In this document: in pieces, positions 1 through 8,452 of the stretch
Layout of the letters: every line of letters starts with the position of its first letter
How positions within the stretch are numbered: the stretch's first letter is position 1
DNA from: an uncultured Acidobacteriota bacterium
GTDB lineage: Bacteria > Acidobacteriota > Thermoanaerobaculia > UBA5066 > Gp7-AA6
Length of the DNA: 64,000 bases
NCBI GenBank assembly: GCA_963829925.1
Contig: CAWHKQ010000015.1
Span: 354,025-418,024 of the forward strand
Reading direction: 5' to 3'
The notes under the pieces: generated by a model
The model's input: the letters and a program-made list of their open reading frames with translations, nothing else
Told to the model about the DNA's origin: nothing
Database searches by the model: none
Translations under genes and position numbers: made by a program

Positions 1-2
1 CG

Positions 3-242
3 CGAGTGGCGATCTCGCTGATGGCCCAGTACTACCCGATCCACCGCGCGGCCGACAACGAGAAGTACCGGGCGCTCTCCCGCTCGATCACGTCTGCCGA
101 GTGGGAGGACGCGCTGGCGGCTCTGGAGTCGAACGGCTTCGTCCACGGCTTCCAGCAGGAGTTCGAGACCTCCAACAAGTACTACCGGCCCGACTTCAAC
201 GACCGCGAAACTCCTTTTCGGGACATCCGCGACTTTCGTTGA
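3..242 (+). CDS. C-terminal fragment of a radical SAM protein (PflX/COG1313-like); 5' end lies outside the window
   Basis: The frame is open to the window edge. The tail QYYPIHRA...NKYYRPDFNDRETPF resembles C-termini of PflA-homolog radical SAM proteins. This is family recollection only; no Cys motif is visible in the fragment. Confidence 0.45.
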   Translation, partial: RVAISLMAQYYPIHRAADNEKYRALSRSITSAEWEDALAALESNGFVHGFQQEFETSNKYYRPDFNDRETPFRDIRDFR

Positions 243-382
243 GGCCGCGAACCGTGCCACACTACGGCAGGGTTCGGGATAGAGGGATCGCGTGCGGGCC
301 GGGGCCGGGTGCCCCGGCCCAGTTCTTTGAGCGGCGCTCGACGCGCCGACGGGAGCAGAGAGCGGTTCTCGTCTGATCCCCG

Positions 383-1131
383 TTAGCGGGGCTGGAGAGG
401 CTCGCAGGCGTTGACGATCGCCGCCTCGAAGTCGGGCGCGATGGTGAGGGTGGTCGTGGCGAGGACGCGGCCGCCCGCGCGCAGCTCCAGCCGGTAGTCT
501 CCCGGCCTCGCGAAGAAGCCGCCGGTCTTGACGGTTTCCCGGATTTCGGCGGTGCCGCCGGACTGGGGGACCCTTCCAGAGGATCCGTTCGGCGCCGTCG
601 GGCGCGACCGCCGCGATGCGGATTTCCTCGCGAGTCGCCGCCGCGGCGCGCGCGTCGATCGCCAGCTTCTCGACGCTGCCCGCGAGCTGCCAGCGCGCCT
701 CTCTCGATTCGCCGCCGGGAATGTACGCCCAGAGCGAGTCGTGCGCCGGCTCGGACGGGTCCTGGCGCACGAGCCCCACGGGAGTCGTGACGAGAATCCG
801 CGTCGGCCACCGGGTTTCCCTCGATCGAGGCCGGGGAAAAGCGCGAGCGCCGGACCGACGCCTCCGCGTACGGAGCGAGCTCGGCGATCCGGCTGCGCGT
901 CGGCCGGACCGCTCCGACAGCGCCGTCTTTCCGGATGACGACCTCGTCGACGACCTCGCCCCCCACGCGCGCGGCCAGAAAGGAATCGGGCAGCGTCGAG
1001 GGCCCCTGCGAGATCCGCAGAGGTGGCGTGAAGCCGGAGCACGCCGGCGCCGGAGAGGCGGCGGGAGCGGAGGCGCAGGCGAGGGGCGCCGCGGCCGCGA
1101 GAACACCGAACAGCCGGCCGCGCAGGCTCAT
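383..1131 (-). CDS. secreted TonB C-terminal-domain protein, paralog 1 (needs ~2 frame changes)
   Basis: Signal peptide MSLRGRLFGVLAAAAPLACASA. A TonB_C-like segment follows (PPLRISQGPS...GGEVVDEVVIRKDGAVGAVRP...ASIEGNPVA). The C-terminal part continues in two other frames and ends ...GDYRLELRAGGRVLATTTLTIAPDFEAAIVNACEPLQPR. The start lies 5 nt after the stop of the upstream paralog. Confidence 0.55.
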
Positions 1132-1135
1132 CGGG

Positions 1136-1902
1136 TCAATTGGGAGACGTCGGGATCACGAAGGAGAACTTCGACGGGTCCGCGGCCAGCCAGAACTGGC
1201 CTCCGCCCACGCCCGCGCCGTCGAGAGTGAAGCGCAGCATCCAGACGCCATCTTCCCAGTCCGGCCCGATCCGGGCCACGACCGGGATGCGGACCTCGGC
1301 CGCGTTGGCCGGCACCGCGACGGGGGGCTGGAAGACGGCGATGCGCTTGCCCTTCGGCGAGACGGCCTCGACTTTCACGGTCATCGTGCGCGCCTCGGCA
1401 GCGGGCGGGATGTCGAGCAGGGCCTCGGCGCGCAACGCCGGATCCTGGCCCCGGCGAATCGGGAAGCCCTCGGGCGCGGACTTCCTGCCGGAGGCATCGG
1501 CCGGCGAGATCGCCACGTCGCCCGAGGATGGGGGCTTCGAGTTTGCCCCGCTTCTCGCCCTCGATCCGGAAGCGGACGGCCACGTTCAGGAACACCTCGA
1601 CGGGCTTGCCGTCGCGCAGCGCGGGACGGAATTGCCACGCCCTGGACGGCCTCCACCGCCGGCTTGATGAAGTCCGAGGCGCTCGCGGCGACCAGATGGA
1701 GATCCGAGACCCGGCCCTGCGTGTCGATGCGGCCGGCCAGCAGCACGTTGCCCTGACGGTCGAGCTTGGCGAGGTTCTCGGGGTAGACCGGCGGCTGATA
1801 TCGCGTCCGGACCGCTTCGCGGTTCTGTGCGCCCGCGCTGGCGGCTCCCGCGAGGAGGAGACACGTGGACAGGCCGACGCGAATCTTGCGAAGAAGGAGC
1901 AT
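1136..1902 (-). CDS. secreted TonB C-terminal-domain protein, paralog 2 (needs 2 frame changes)
   Basis: Signal peptide [26 protein letters not shown]. The TonB_C motif reads [31 protein letters not shown]...AVEAV, then (next frame) [13 protein letters not shown], then (third frame) a beta-rich tail ending [10 protein letters not shown]. Confidence 0.6.
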
Positions 1903-1911
1903 TCGGGGTCC

Positions 1912-2821
1912 TCAGGCCGCGGGGCCGTCGAAGGCGCGCCGCGCGTGGTAGGAGGAGCGCACGAGAGGGCCCGCTTCGACGCGGAAGAATCCCATGGCCT
2001 CGCCCTGCGCGCGCAGGTCGGCGAACTCCTCGGGGGTGTAGTAACGCTCGATCGGGAGCCGCCGCTCGTGCGGCTGGAGATACTGCCCGATGGTCGCGAT
2101 GTCGCAGCCGGCGGCGCGGAGGTCGCGGAGCGCTCCGAGGAGCTCCTCGCGGGTCTCGCCGAGACCGACCATCACGCCGGACTTGGTCTTGCAGGGCGAG
2201 GCCCGTTCGCGCTCGCCGTTCGTGGGCGCGGGCGAGAAGCTCCAGCGACTGCGCGTACTTCGCGTCGGGCCGCACGCGTCGGTAGAGCCGCGCGACCGTC
2301 TCCAGGTTGTGGTTCAGGATCTCGGGAGCTTCGTCGAGGACGATGTCGAGAGCGCTCCAGTTGCCCTGAAAGTCGGGGATCAGGACCTCCACCGTGCAGC
2401 CGGGATTCCGGCTCCGGATCGCCCGGATCGTGGCCGCGAAGTGCGCCGCGCCCCCGTCGGGCAGGTCGTCCCGGTTGACCGACGTGACGACCGCGTGAGC
2501 GAGCGACAGCTCCTTCGCCGCTTCGGCGACGCGCCCGGGCTCGTCCGGGTCGAGAGAGCCGGGCGTTCCCTTGCCGACCGCGCAGAAGCCGCAGTGGCGA
2601 GTGCAGATGTCGCCGAGGAGCATGAAGGTGGCCGTCCGCTCCCGCGCCCAGCATTCGTGGATGTTGGGGCAGCGCGCCTCCTCGCAGACGGTCACGAGCG
2701 AGAGACGCCGCATCATGCGGCGCACTTCCTCGTACTCGCCGGTCGTGTTGAGGCGGACCTTCAGCCACTCGGGCCTCTCGAGGCGCGTCGGCCGGCCGTG
2801 CACGGGCAGCTCCGAGCTCAC
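1912..2821 (-). CDS. lipA: lipoyl synthase LipA (one frameshift near 2189)
   Basis: Matches RPEWLKVRL...[15 protein letters not shown]...[13 protein letters not shown]...NHNLETV, then [11 protein letters not shown]...[17 protein letters not shown] in a second frame. The join is restored by removing 1 nt in the TT at 2189-2190. The GTG start overlaps the lipB stop (GTGA). Confidence 0.9.
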
Positions 2822-3504
2822 GTCGCGATTATCTCCCGACCGAAGACGGCGCCGAAATGCCCGAGCAGGACGCCCGAGATCTCGCCGGACGCGACGGGCC
2901 GGCCGAGCTCCCGCTCCATGGTCGTCACGCCGCCGTCGGTGATCCCGCAGGGCACGATTCCCGCGAAGTAAGGAAGGGGCTCGTTGCCGACGTTCAGAGC
3001 GAAGCCGTGGGTCGTGATCCAGCGCGAGAGGTGGACGCCGATGGCCGCGATCTTGTCGTTGCCGACCCAGACGGACGTCACGCGCTCCTTCCGGTCCGAA
3101 CGGGCGGCGGGGATGCCGAAGTCGCCGAGGGTCAGGATCAGGACCTCCTCGAGGTCCGTGACGTACCGCTTGACGTCCCGCCGGTCGGGCGAGAGGTTCA
3201 GGATCGGATAGCCCACCAGCTGGCCGGGACCGTGGTACGTGACCTTGCCGCCTCGATTCGACTCGCGGACGGCGATCCCGAGCTCGGCGCACCGTTCGGG
3301 CGTGAGGAGGACGTCGGCGGCCGTCGCGTTGCGTCCGAGGGTGAAGACCGGCTCGTGCTCGAGGAGAAGCAGGCTCTCTCTTCTCCCGCCGCGGCCCGCG
3401 CCGCCGCCTCGGCCTGCAGCGCGAGAGCCCGGTCGTAGTCGACGCGTCCGAGCCAGCGCGCCGAGAGCCGCCGGGTCCTGCGGGTCGGCGGTCACAGCTT
3501 CCAT
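2818..3504 (-). CDS. lipB: octanoyltransferase LipB (N-terminal frameshift near 3380; start uncertain)
   Basis: Matches [16 protein letters not shown]...[20 protein letters not shown]...[22 protein letters not shown]...PCGI. An alternative frame upstream reads [14 protein letters not shown], which is typical of the LipB N-terminus. Confidence 0.85.
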   Translation of the reverse strand: MEAVTADPQDPAALGALARTRRLRPGSRAAGRGGGAGRGGRRESLLLLEHEPVFTLGRNATAADVLLTPERCAELGIAVRESNRGGKVTYHGPGQLVGYPILNLSPDRRDVKRYVTDLEEVLILTLGDFGIPAARSDRKERVTSVWVGNDKIAAIGVHLSRWITTHGFALNVGNEPLPYFAGIVPCGITDGGVTTMERELGRPVASGEISGVLLGHFGAVFGREIIAT

Positions 3505-3522
3505 CGTTCTCAGTCTAGCCTC

Positions 3523-4321
3523 TCAGTGTCCCAGCATCAGGGTGTCCTGGCCGGCGGGGCGAGCGCTGCCCGGGAAATAGCCGGCCGACATCCAGATGAC
3601 CCGCAGCCCCGCCGCGAAGATCATCGCCTCGAAGAGCTCACGTCCGAAGGCCACGGCCGCCGATGGCCGCGAGCGAAGGCGCCAGCGAACGGGACGGCCG
3701 TCCGAGAACGGGAAGGCGCGCTCGACCTCCGGGAGGCGCGGGCCGTTCTCGTCGTACAGAAACGCGGTCACCACGGCCCCGCGTCCCGGCCGGAGAACGC
3801 GGCGGATCTCGGCCAGGTAGTGGCGCGCGTCCGCCTCGAGCAGATGCGTGAAGACGGACTTCGCCAGGACGAGATCGGCCTGGCCCTCGTCGAGCGGGAA
3901 ACGATAGGTGGACGCGGCGCCCGGCGCCCGGTCCCCAGGCCGAAACGACGTCGGCATGCTCGAACCGCAGGCGCGGATCGCCTGCGTGACTTGTCCTCGC
4001 CCAGCGGATCGAGGCCGCGTGCACGTCGAACCCGATGTAACGCCCCGCCGGGCCCAGGCGCCGCGCGAGCTCGGGGACCATCGCGCCCGGTCCGCAGCCG
4101 ACGTCCAGGACCGTGTCGCCGGCGCGGACGAGCGCCAGCCGATCCAGGAACTCGGCGGTCTCGCGGGCCGCGCTCTCGAATGCGGCGACCGGCCCCGTGT
4201 GCCGGCGCAGCCACAGCGGCGGAAGATGCTCGCGGCCCGTGGCGCGCAGCCAGAGCCGGTCCAACGGGCTCGCGAGCCGGAGCGCGGCGGTACGCGCGCC
4301 ACGGAGGGCGTCGGCAATCAC
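3523..4321 (-). CDS. class I SAM-dependent methyltransferase (one frameshift near 3935)
   Basis: The SAM-binding motif DTVLDVGCGPGAMVPELARRLGPAGRYIGFD is in one frame. ADLVLAKSVFTHLLEADARHYLAEIRRVLRPGRGAVVTAF is in the next. The GTG start overlaps the stop of the upstream GT-C gene (GTGA). Confidence 0.75.
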
Positions 4322-5562
4322 CGGCGCCACGCCGCGAAGACCCCGTAGAGGATCAGGATCGGGTCCCAGTAGGGGATCCGGTAACGCCAGACGACCTGAA
4401 GCGCGACGTGAACGAGCATGCTGACGACGAGGACGGCCACGCAGAACGCGGCGACGCCCCGGCGCGGGGATCGGCGCAGACCCAGGGCGGCCAGCACGTA
4501 CAGGAGAACGTAGAGGACCCCGATTCCCCATACGACGGCCGCACCCCAGTACCAGGGCGTCGGATACGGCCGCACCCAGTGCCAGGCTTTTCGCGCGAAG
4601 AGGCGCAGGCTTCCGGCGGGATCGGCCCGGATCTCGTCGATCGCGAGTCGGGCAAACGCCGCCGAGCGGCGGCCGGGCGAGACCGGGCCATTCGCCTCGA
4701 TGCGCGCGAGACGGGCACGCAGGTCCAGGTCGAAGTCGTCCAGCCAGCGGACGTATTCCTGCCGGCTGCGCACCTCGTAGAAGCTCCGGGTCCAGCCGGA
4801 GTTGCCGGCGTACAGGCTCACGCCGCCCGCGTCGCTGACGGGGAGAAGCTCGTGGAACCGGAGCGCGTTGCGCAGCGTCCACGGGGCGAGCGACAGCAGG
4901 AACCCGAGGAGAGCCGCGCCCGCGAGCTTTGCTCCGGTACGACGCGGCTGGCGCCGGTCGAGCAATGGCGCCGCCAGCAGCGGAGCCAGTGCCAGCGCGG
5001 AAGATCGCGTCAGAGCCGCCAGGCCCAGCATCGCTCCCGCCGCCAGGGCGAGGCGAGCGGACGGTCGGTCGGAGGCGCCCAGCAGGAAGAGCCCTGCCAG
5101 CAGCAGGAAGAGAAGGAAGAGCGGCTCGCTCTGGACGTCGGTCGAGAGGAGCACCAGGCTCGGGTGCAGCGCGGCGGCAGCGCCCGTGGCGATCGCGACC
5201 CCCCGATGGCGGAAGACTCGGGCGGAGAGAAGCGCCAGCAGAACCGCCGCGAGAGCTCCGAGCAAGCCGTTGGCGATCTTCGCGGCGGGGATGCATTCGG
5301 TCCGGCCGAGCGTCGCGACGACCAGGAAGAGGGGGTAGGCCGGCGGCCGGAAGAAGTACGGCTCCGTGCGATCGGGGTACTTTCCGTGCTCCGCCAGCTC
5401 CGTGGCCGCGTAGAGGTAGCGGGACGCGTCGCCGAATCGGAGCGTCGAGAACCCGACGGCGGCGGTCGCCCCGAGACGTACCACGAGCGCGAGCAGAAAG
5501 ATGGCTGCGACGGCGTTGCGCCCCAGGCGGGGAACGTCGGGCTGCAGGTCTCCGGCCGTCAT
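4318..5562 (-). CDS. polytopic GT-C fold glycosyltransferase, PMT_2/ArnT-like (copy 1)
   Basis: Intact ORF starting at MTAGDLQPD. It has many hydrophobic spans. The first-loop motif RFGDASRYLYAATELAEHGKYP...YFFRPPAYPLFL resembles ArnT/PMT family GT39/GT83 proteins. ATGA overlap with copy 2. Confidence 0.6.
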   Translation of the reverse strand: MTAGDLQPDVPRLGRNAVAAIFLLALVVRLGATAAVGFSTLRFGDASRYLYAATELAEHGKYPDRTEPYFFRPPAYPLFLVVATLGRTECIPAAKIANGLLGALAAVLLALLSARVFRHRGVAIATGAAAALHPSLVLLSTDVQSEPLFLLFLLLAGLFLLGASDRPSARLALAAGAMLGLAALTRSSALALAPLLAAPLLDRRQPRRTGAKLAGAALLGFLLSLAPWTLRNALRFHELLPVSDAGGVSLYAGNSGWTRSFYEVRSRQEYVRWLDDFDLDLRARLARIEANGPVSPGRRSAAFARLAIDEIRADPAGSLRLFARKAWHWVRPYPTPWYWGAAVVWGIGVLYVLLYVLAALGLRRSPRRGVAAFCVAVLVVSMLVHVALQVVWRYRIPYWDPILILYGVFAAWRR

Positions 5563-6770
5563 GGCAGCGCGGACGCTGCGTTTGCTCGCCGCCGCAGCAG
5601 GACCGCGGCGCCGGAGGACGCGTAGAGGATCAGCACCGGGTCCCAGTAGACGGACCGATACCTCCAGCTCGTCTCGAGCACGACGTGAAGAAGCATCGTC
5701 ACCGCGAGAAACAGCAGGCAGAAGGCTCGACCCCCGCGGCGTTCGGCCGTCGCCAGACCCACGATGGCGCACGCGGCCAGCGCCGTGAAGTACAGCCCGA
5801 GGATCACGACGGCGGAACGGGGCCAGAATCGCGGGTCCGGATACGGGCGAAGCCAGTCCCAGCTCTTCCACGCGAGGAGGCGCAGAGTCCCCCGCGGGTT
5901 GGCCCGGCGCTCCGCCAGCGCGGCGGAGAACAGCGCGCGCGAGAGGCGGCCGGGGGAGCTCCGCACCTCGGCGGGCAGGGCCGCGATGCGCTCGCGCCTC
6001 GCGCGCTCGAGCTCCGCGGAAGCTGTTTCGAGGTCCTCCCGGCTCTTCGCCTTCGCCATGCCGATCGCCGCTTCGGAGTTCCTTCCGTAGAACAGGTATC
6101 CGGCGCCGTCGTTGACGAGGATCACCTCGCGGAACTCGAGAAGGTTGCGCGCCGTCCAGGGCGCCAGCGCCGCTCCGAACCCGAGCAGCGCGGAGAAGGC
6201 GACGTGCGCGCCGGCGCGGAGGGGGTGGCGGCGGTCCCGCAGAGGAGCCAGCAGCAGCGGGGCGAGCACGAGGGCGGAGGAACGCGTCAGGGCCGCGAGC
6301 GCCAGGAAGACGCCGGCGAAGAGGGCCAGGTTCGACGAGGGCCGGTCGGTCGACGCGAGGAGAAGGTATCCGGCGCACAGCAGCAGGACGAGAAAGAGCG
6401 GCTCGGATTGAAGGTCCGCGCTCGCCAGGAGGAAGGGCGGGTGAAAGGCCGCCAGAATGCCCGCCGCGACGGCTACCGAACGGCGCCGGAAGAGTCGGGC
6501 CGCGAGCGCGGCGACCAGGAGCGCGGCGAGCGAACCGAGAACGGCATTGGCGACCTTCGCGGCCGCGATCCGCTCCGGATGCCCGAGAGTGGCCGCGACC
6601 AGAAAGGCCGGGTAGCCGGGCGGGCGAAACAGGAATTCCTCGGTGCGGCGCGGGTAGTGCCCGGTCTCGGCCAGCGCGCGCGCGGCGAAGAGGTACGCAG
6701 GCGCGTCGGCGAACCGGACCGTCGAGAAGCCGACGGCCGCCGTCGCGGCGAGCCGCGCGGCGAGCGCCAC
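5559..6770 (-). CDS. polytopic GT-C fold glycosyltransferase, PMT_2/ArnT-like (copy 2, tandem paralog)
   Basis: Colinear with copy 1 (RFADAPAYLFAARALAETGHYP...FLFRPPGYPAFL ... WRYRSVYWDPVLILY). The frame is open up to the E2 stop at 6844, so the exact start is uncertain. Confidence 0.6.
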   Translation of the reverse strand: MALAARLAATAAVGFSTVRFADAPAYLFAARALAETGHYPRRTEEFLFRPPGYPAFLVAATLGHPERIAAAKVANAVLGSLAALLVAALAARLFRRRSVAVAAGILAAFHPPFLLASADLQSEPLFLVLLLCAGYLLLASTDRPSSNLALFAGVFLALAALTRSSALVLAPLLLAPLRDRRHPLRAGAHVAFSALLGFGAALAPWTARNLLEFREVILVNDGAGYLFYGRNSEAAIGMAKAKSREDLETASAELERARRERIAALPAEVRSSPGRLSRALFSAALAERRANPRGTLRLLAWKSWDWLRPYPDPRFWPRSAVVILGLYFTALAACAIVGLATAERRGGRAFCLLFLAVTMLLHVVLETSWRYRSVYWDPVLILYASSGAAVLLRRRANAASALP

Positions 6771-6843
6771 GAGAAAGATCGCGAGGCAGACTTTGCCGCC
6801 CAGGCGCGGGATGGAGGACTGCGAAACGGGGGCCGGCGGACGG

Positions 6844-8333
6844 CTAACCGAGATCGAACTCTCCGGCTTCGAGCGTCTTCTTGACGCTGGACATGAACCG
6901 GTCGGCGTCCGCGCCGTCGACCAGGCGGTGGTCGAACGAGAGCGCGAGATATCCGACCGTGCGGATGCCGAGCGCGTCCTGGCCGTGGTCGTCGGCGACG
7001 ACGACCGGCCGCTTCTCGATCGTCCCGACGCCGAGGATCGCGACCTGAGGCTGCGGGATGATCGGCGTGCCGAAGAGCGAGCCGAAGACTCCCGGATTGG
7101 TGACCGTGAAGGTCCCGCCCTGGATCTCCTCGGGCTTCAGGCGCTTGGTCCGCGCCCTCTCGGCCAGGTCCTGCGTGGCTCGGGCGAGGCCCAGGATCGA
7201 CTTCTCGTCCGCGTTCTTGATCACCGGGACGATCAGGCCCCAGTCGAGCGCCACCGCCATCCCCAGGTGGATGTCGCGGTGATACACGATGTTCTCCCCG
7301 TCGATCGAGGCGTTGACCTGCGGGAACTCGCGCAGCGCCTGGATCGCGGCGCGGAAGATGAACGGGAGGTACGTGAGCTTGACGCCGTTCTTCTCGAGGA
7401 AGGCGTCCTTGTGCTTCGCCCGGAGCCGGGCGATGTTGGTGTAGTCCACCTGAAAGACGGTCGTCACGTGCGCCGACGTGCGCTTCGAGAGGATCATGTT
7501 CTCGGCCGTGATCCGCCGGATCTTGGTCATCGCGACGACCTCGTCGCGCTCCGTGACGGGGATGGCCGGCCGCGGCGGCGGCGGGGCTTCGGCGGGCTCG
7601 GCGCGGCCGGGCACCTCCGCGGGAGCGGCGGAAGAGCGTGACGGCGCGGGGCCAGCGACCTTGCGGTTCTCGAGGTAGGAGAGGACGTCGTTCTTGGTGA
7701 CCCGGTTGTGGATGCCGGTGCCCTCGACCTCACCGATCTCGATCGAGTGCTCCTGGGCGATCTTCCGGACGAGAGGCGAGGAGCGCCGGCGAATCCGCTC
7801 CTCGATCGATTCGACCTGGCCGCCCCCCGAGCCCTCGGCGGGCGCGGTGGCAGGCAGGGCCGGGGCGGGCGTCGGCCGGGTCGGGGGAGCGGGGGCGGGC
7901 GCGGCCGACGCGGCGGGTGCAGCGGCCGCGGGCGCGGGCGCCGGGGTGGCCGGCTTCGATTCGGGTTTCGGGGCGCGGGCGCGGGCTCGGGCTGGGGAGC
8001 CTTCTGGGCCGCGGGGGCGGGCGCCGCTGCCGCCGCGGGCGCTGCCGGTGCCGAGGCTTCGGGCGCCGGCGCCCCTTCGGCAGCCGGCTTTTCGCCGGCC
8101 TCGCCGATCACGCCGACGACCGTGTTGATCGGCACGGTCGTGCCTTCGGCGGCCTTGATCTCGAGGAGCGTGCCGGCCACGGGCGACGGGATCTCGGCGT
8201 CCACCTTGTCCGTCGAGATCTCGAAGATCGGCTCATCGCGCTTGATCGTGTCGCCGACCTTCTTGAGCCACTTCGTGATGGTTCCCTCGGCGATCGATTC
8301 CCCCATCTGGGGCATGATGATTTCAGTCGGCAT
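6844..8333 (-). CDS. 2-oxoacid dehydrogenase E2, dihydrolipoyl acyltransferase (one frameshift near 7980)
   Basis: Lipoyl domain MPTEIIMPQMGESIAEGTITKWLKKVGD...EISTDKVDAEIPSP. An Ala/Pro linker follows. The E3-binding domain SPLVRKIAQEHSIEIGEVEGTGIHNRVTKNDV and the catalytic domain ...LSFDHRLVDGADADRF are in a second frame. The shift falls in GGGG at 7980-7983. GGAGGAGG lies upstream of the ATG. Confidence 0.9.
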
Positions 8334-8452
8334 CGATCCTCCTCCCTCGCACCGAACAGCATAGGGCAAAGCGGTCGAATCGAGAAGCACGCACCGTAGC
8401 CGACCTGCGCCGTCTTGATCACTGCGCCCTTTCGCGATATACAGGCGCGTCA

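Noticed and set aside
3526-6884. Very long plus-strand ORFs (699 aa and 651 aa) antisense to the methyltransferase and GT-C genes. The same pattern occurs at 12908-15955 (+), 45950-47263 (-), 57627-59657 (-), 40346-41158 (+) and 41087-42061 (-).
   Set aside because: They have Arg/Gly/Pro/Ala-rich, low-complexity composition and no recognisable motifs. Each lies exactly opposite a well-supported gene. These are typical shadow ORFs of high-GC DNA.
7850-8060. Extremely GC-rich, repetitive GCC/GCG/CCG stretch
   Set aside because: It is explained as the Ala/Pro-rich flexible linker between the lipoyl and E3-binding domains of E2. It is not an independent repeat element.
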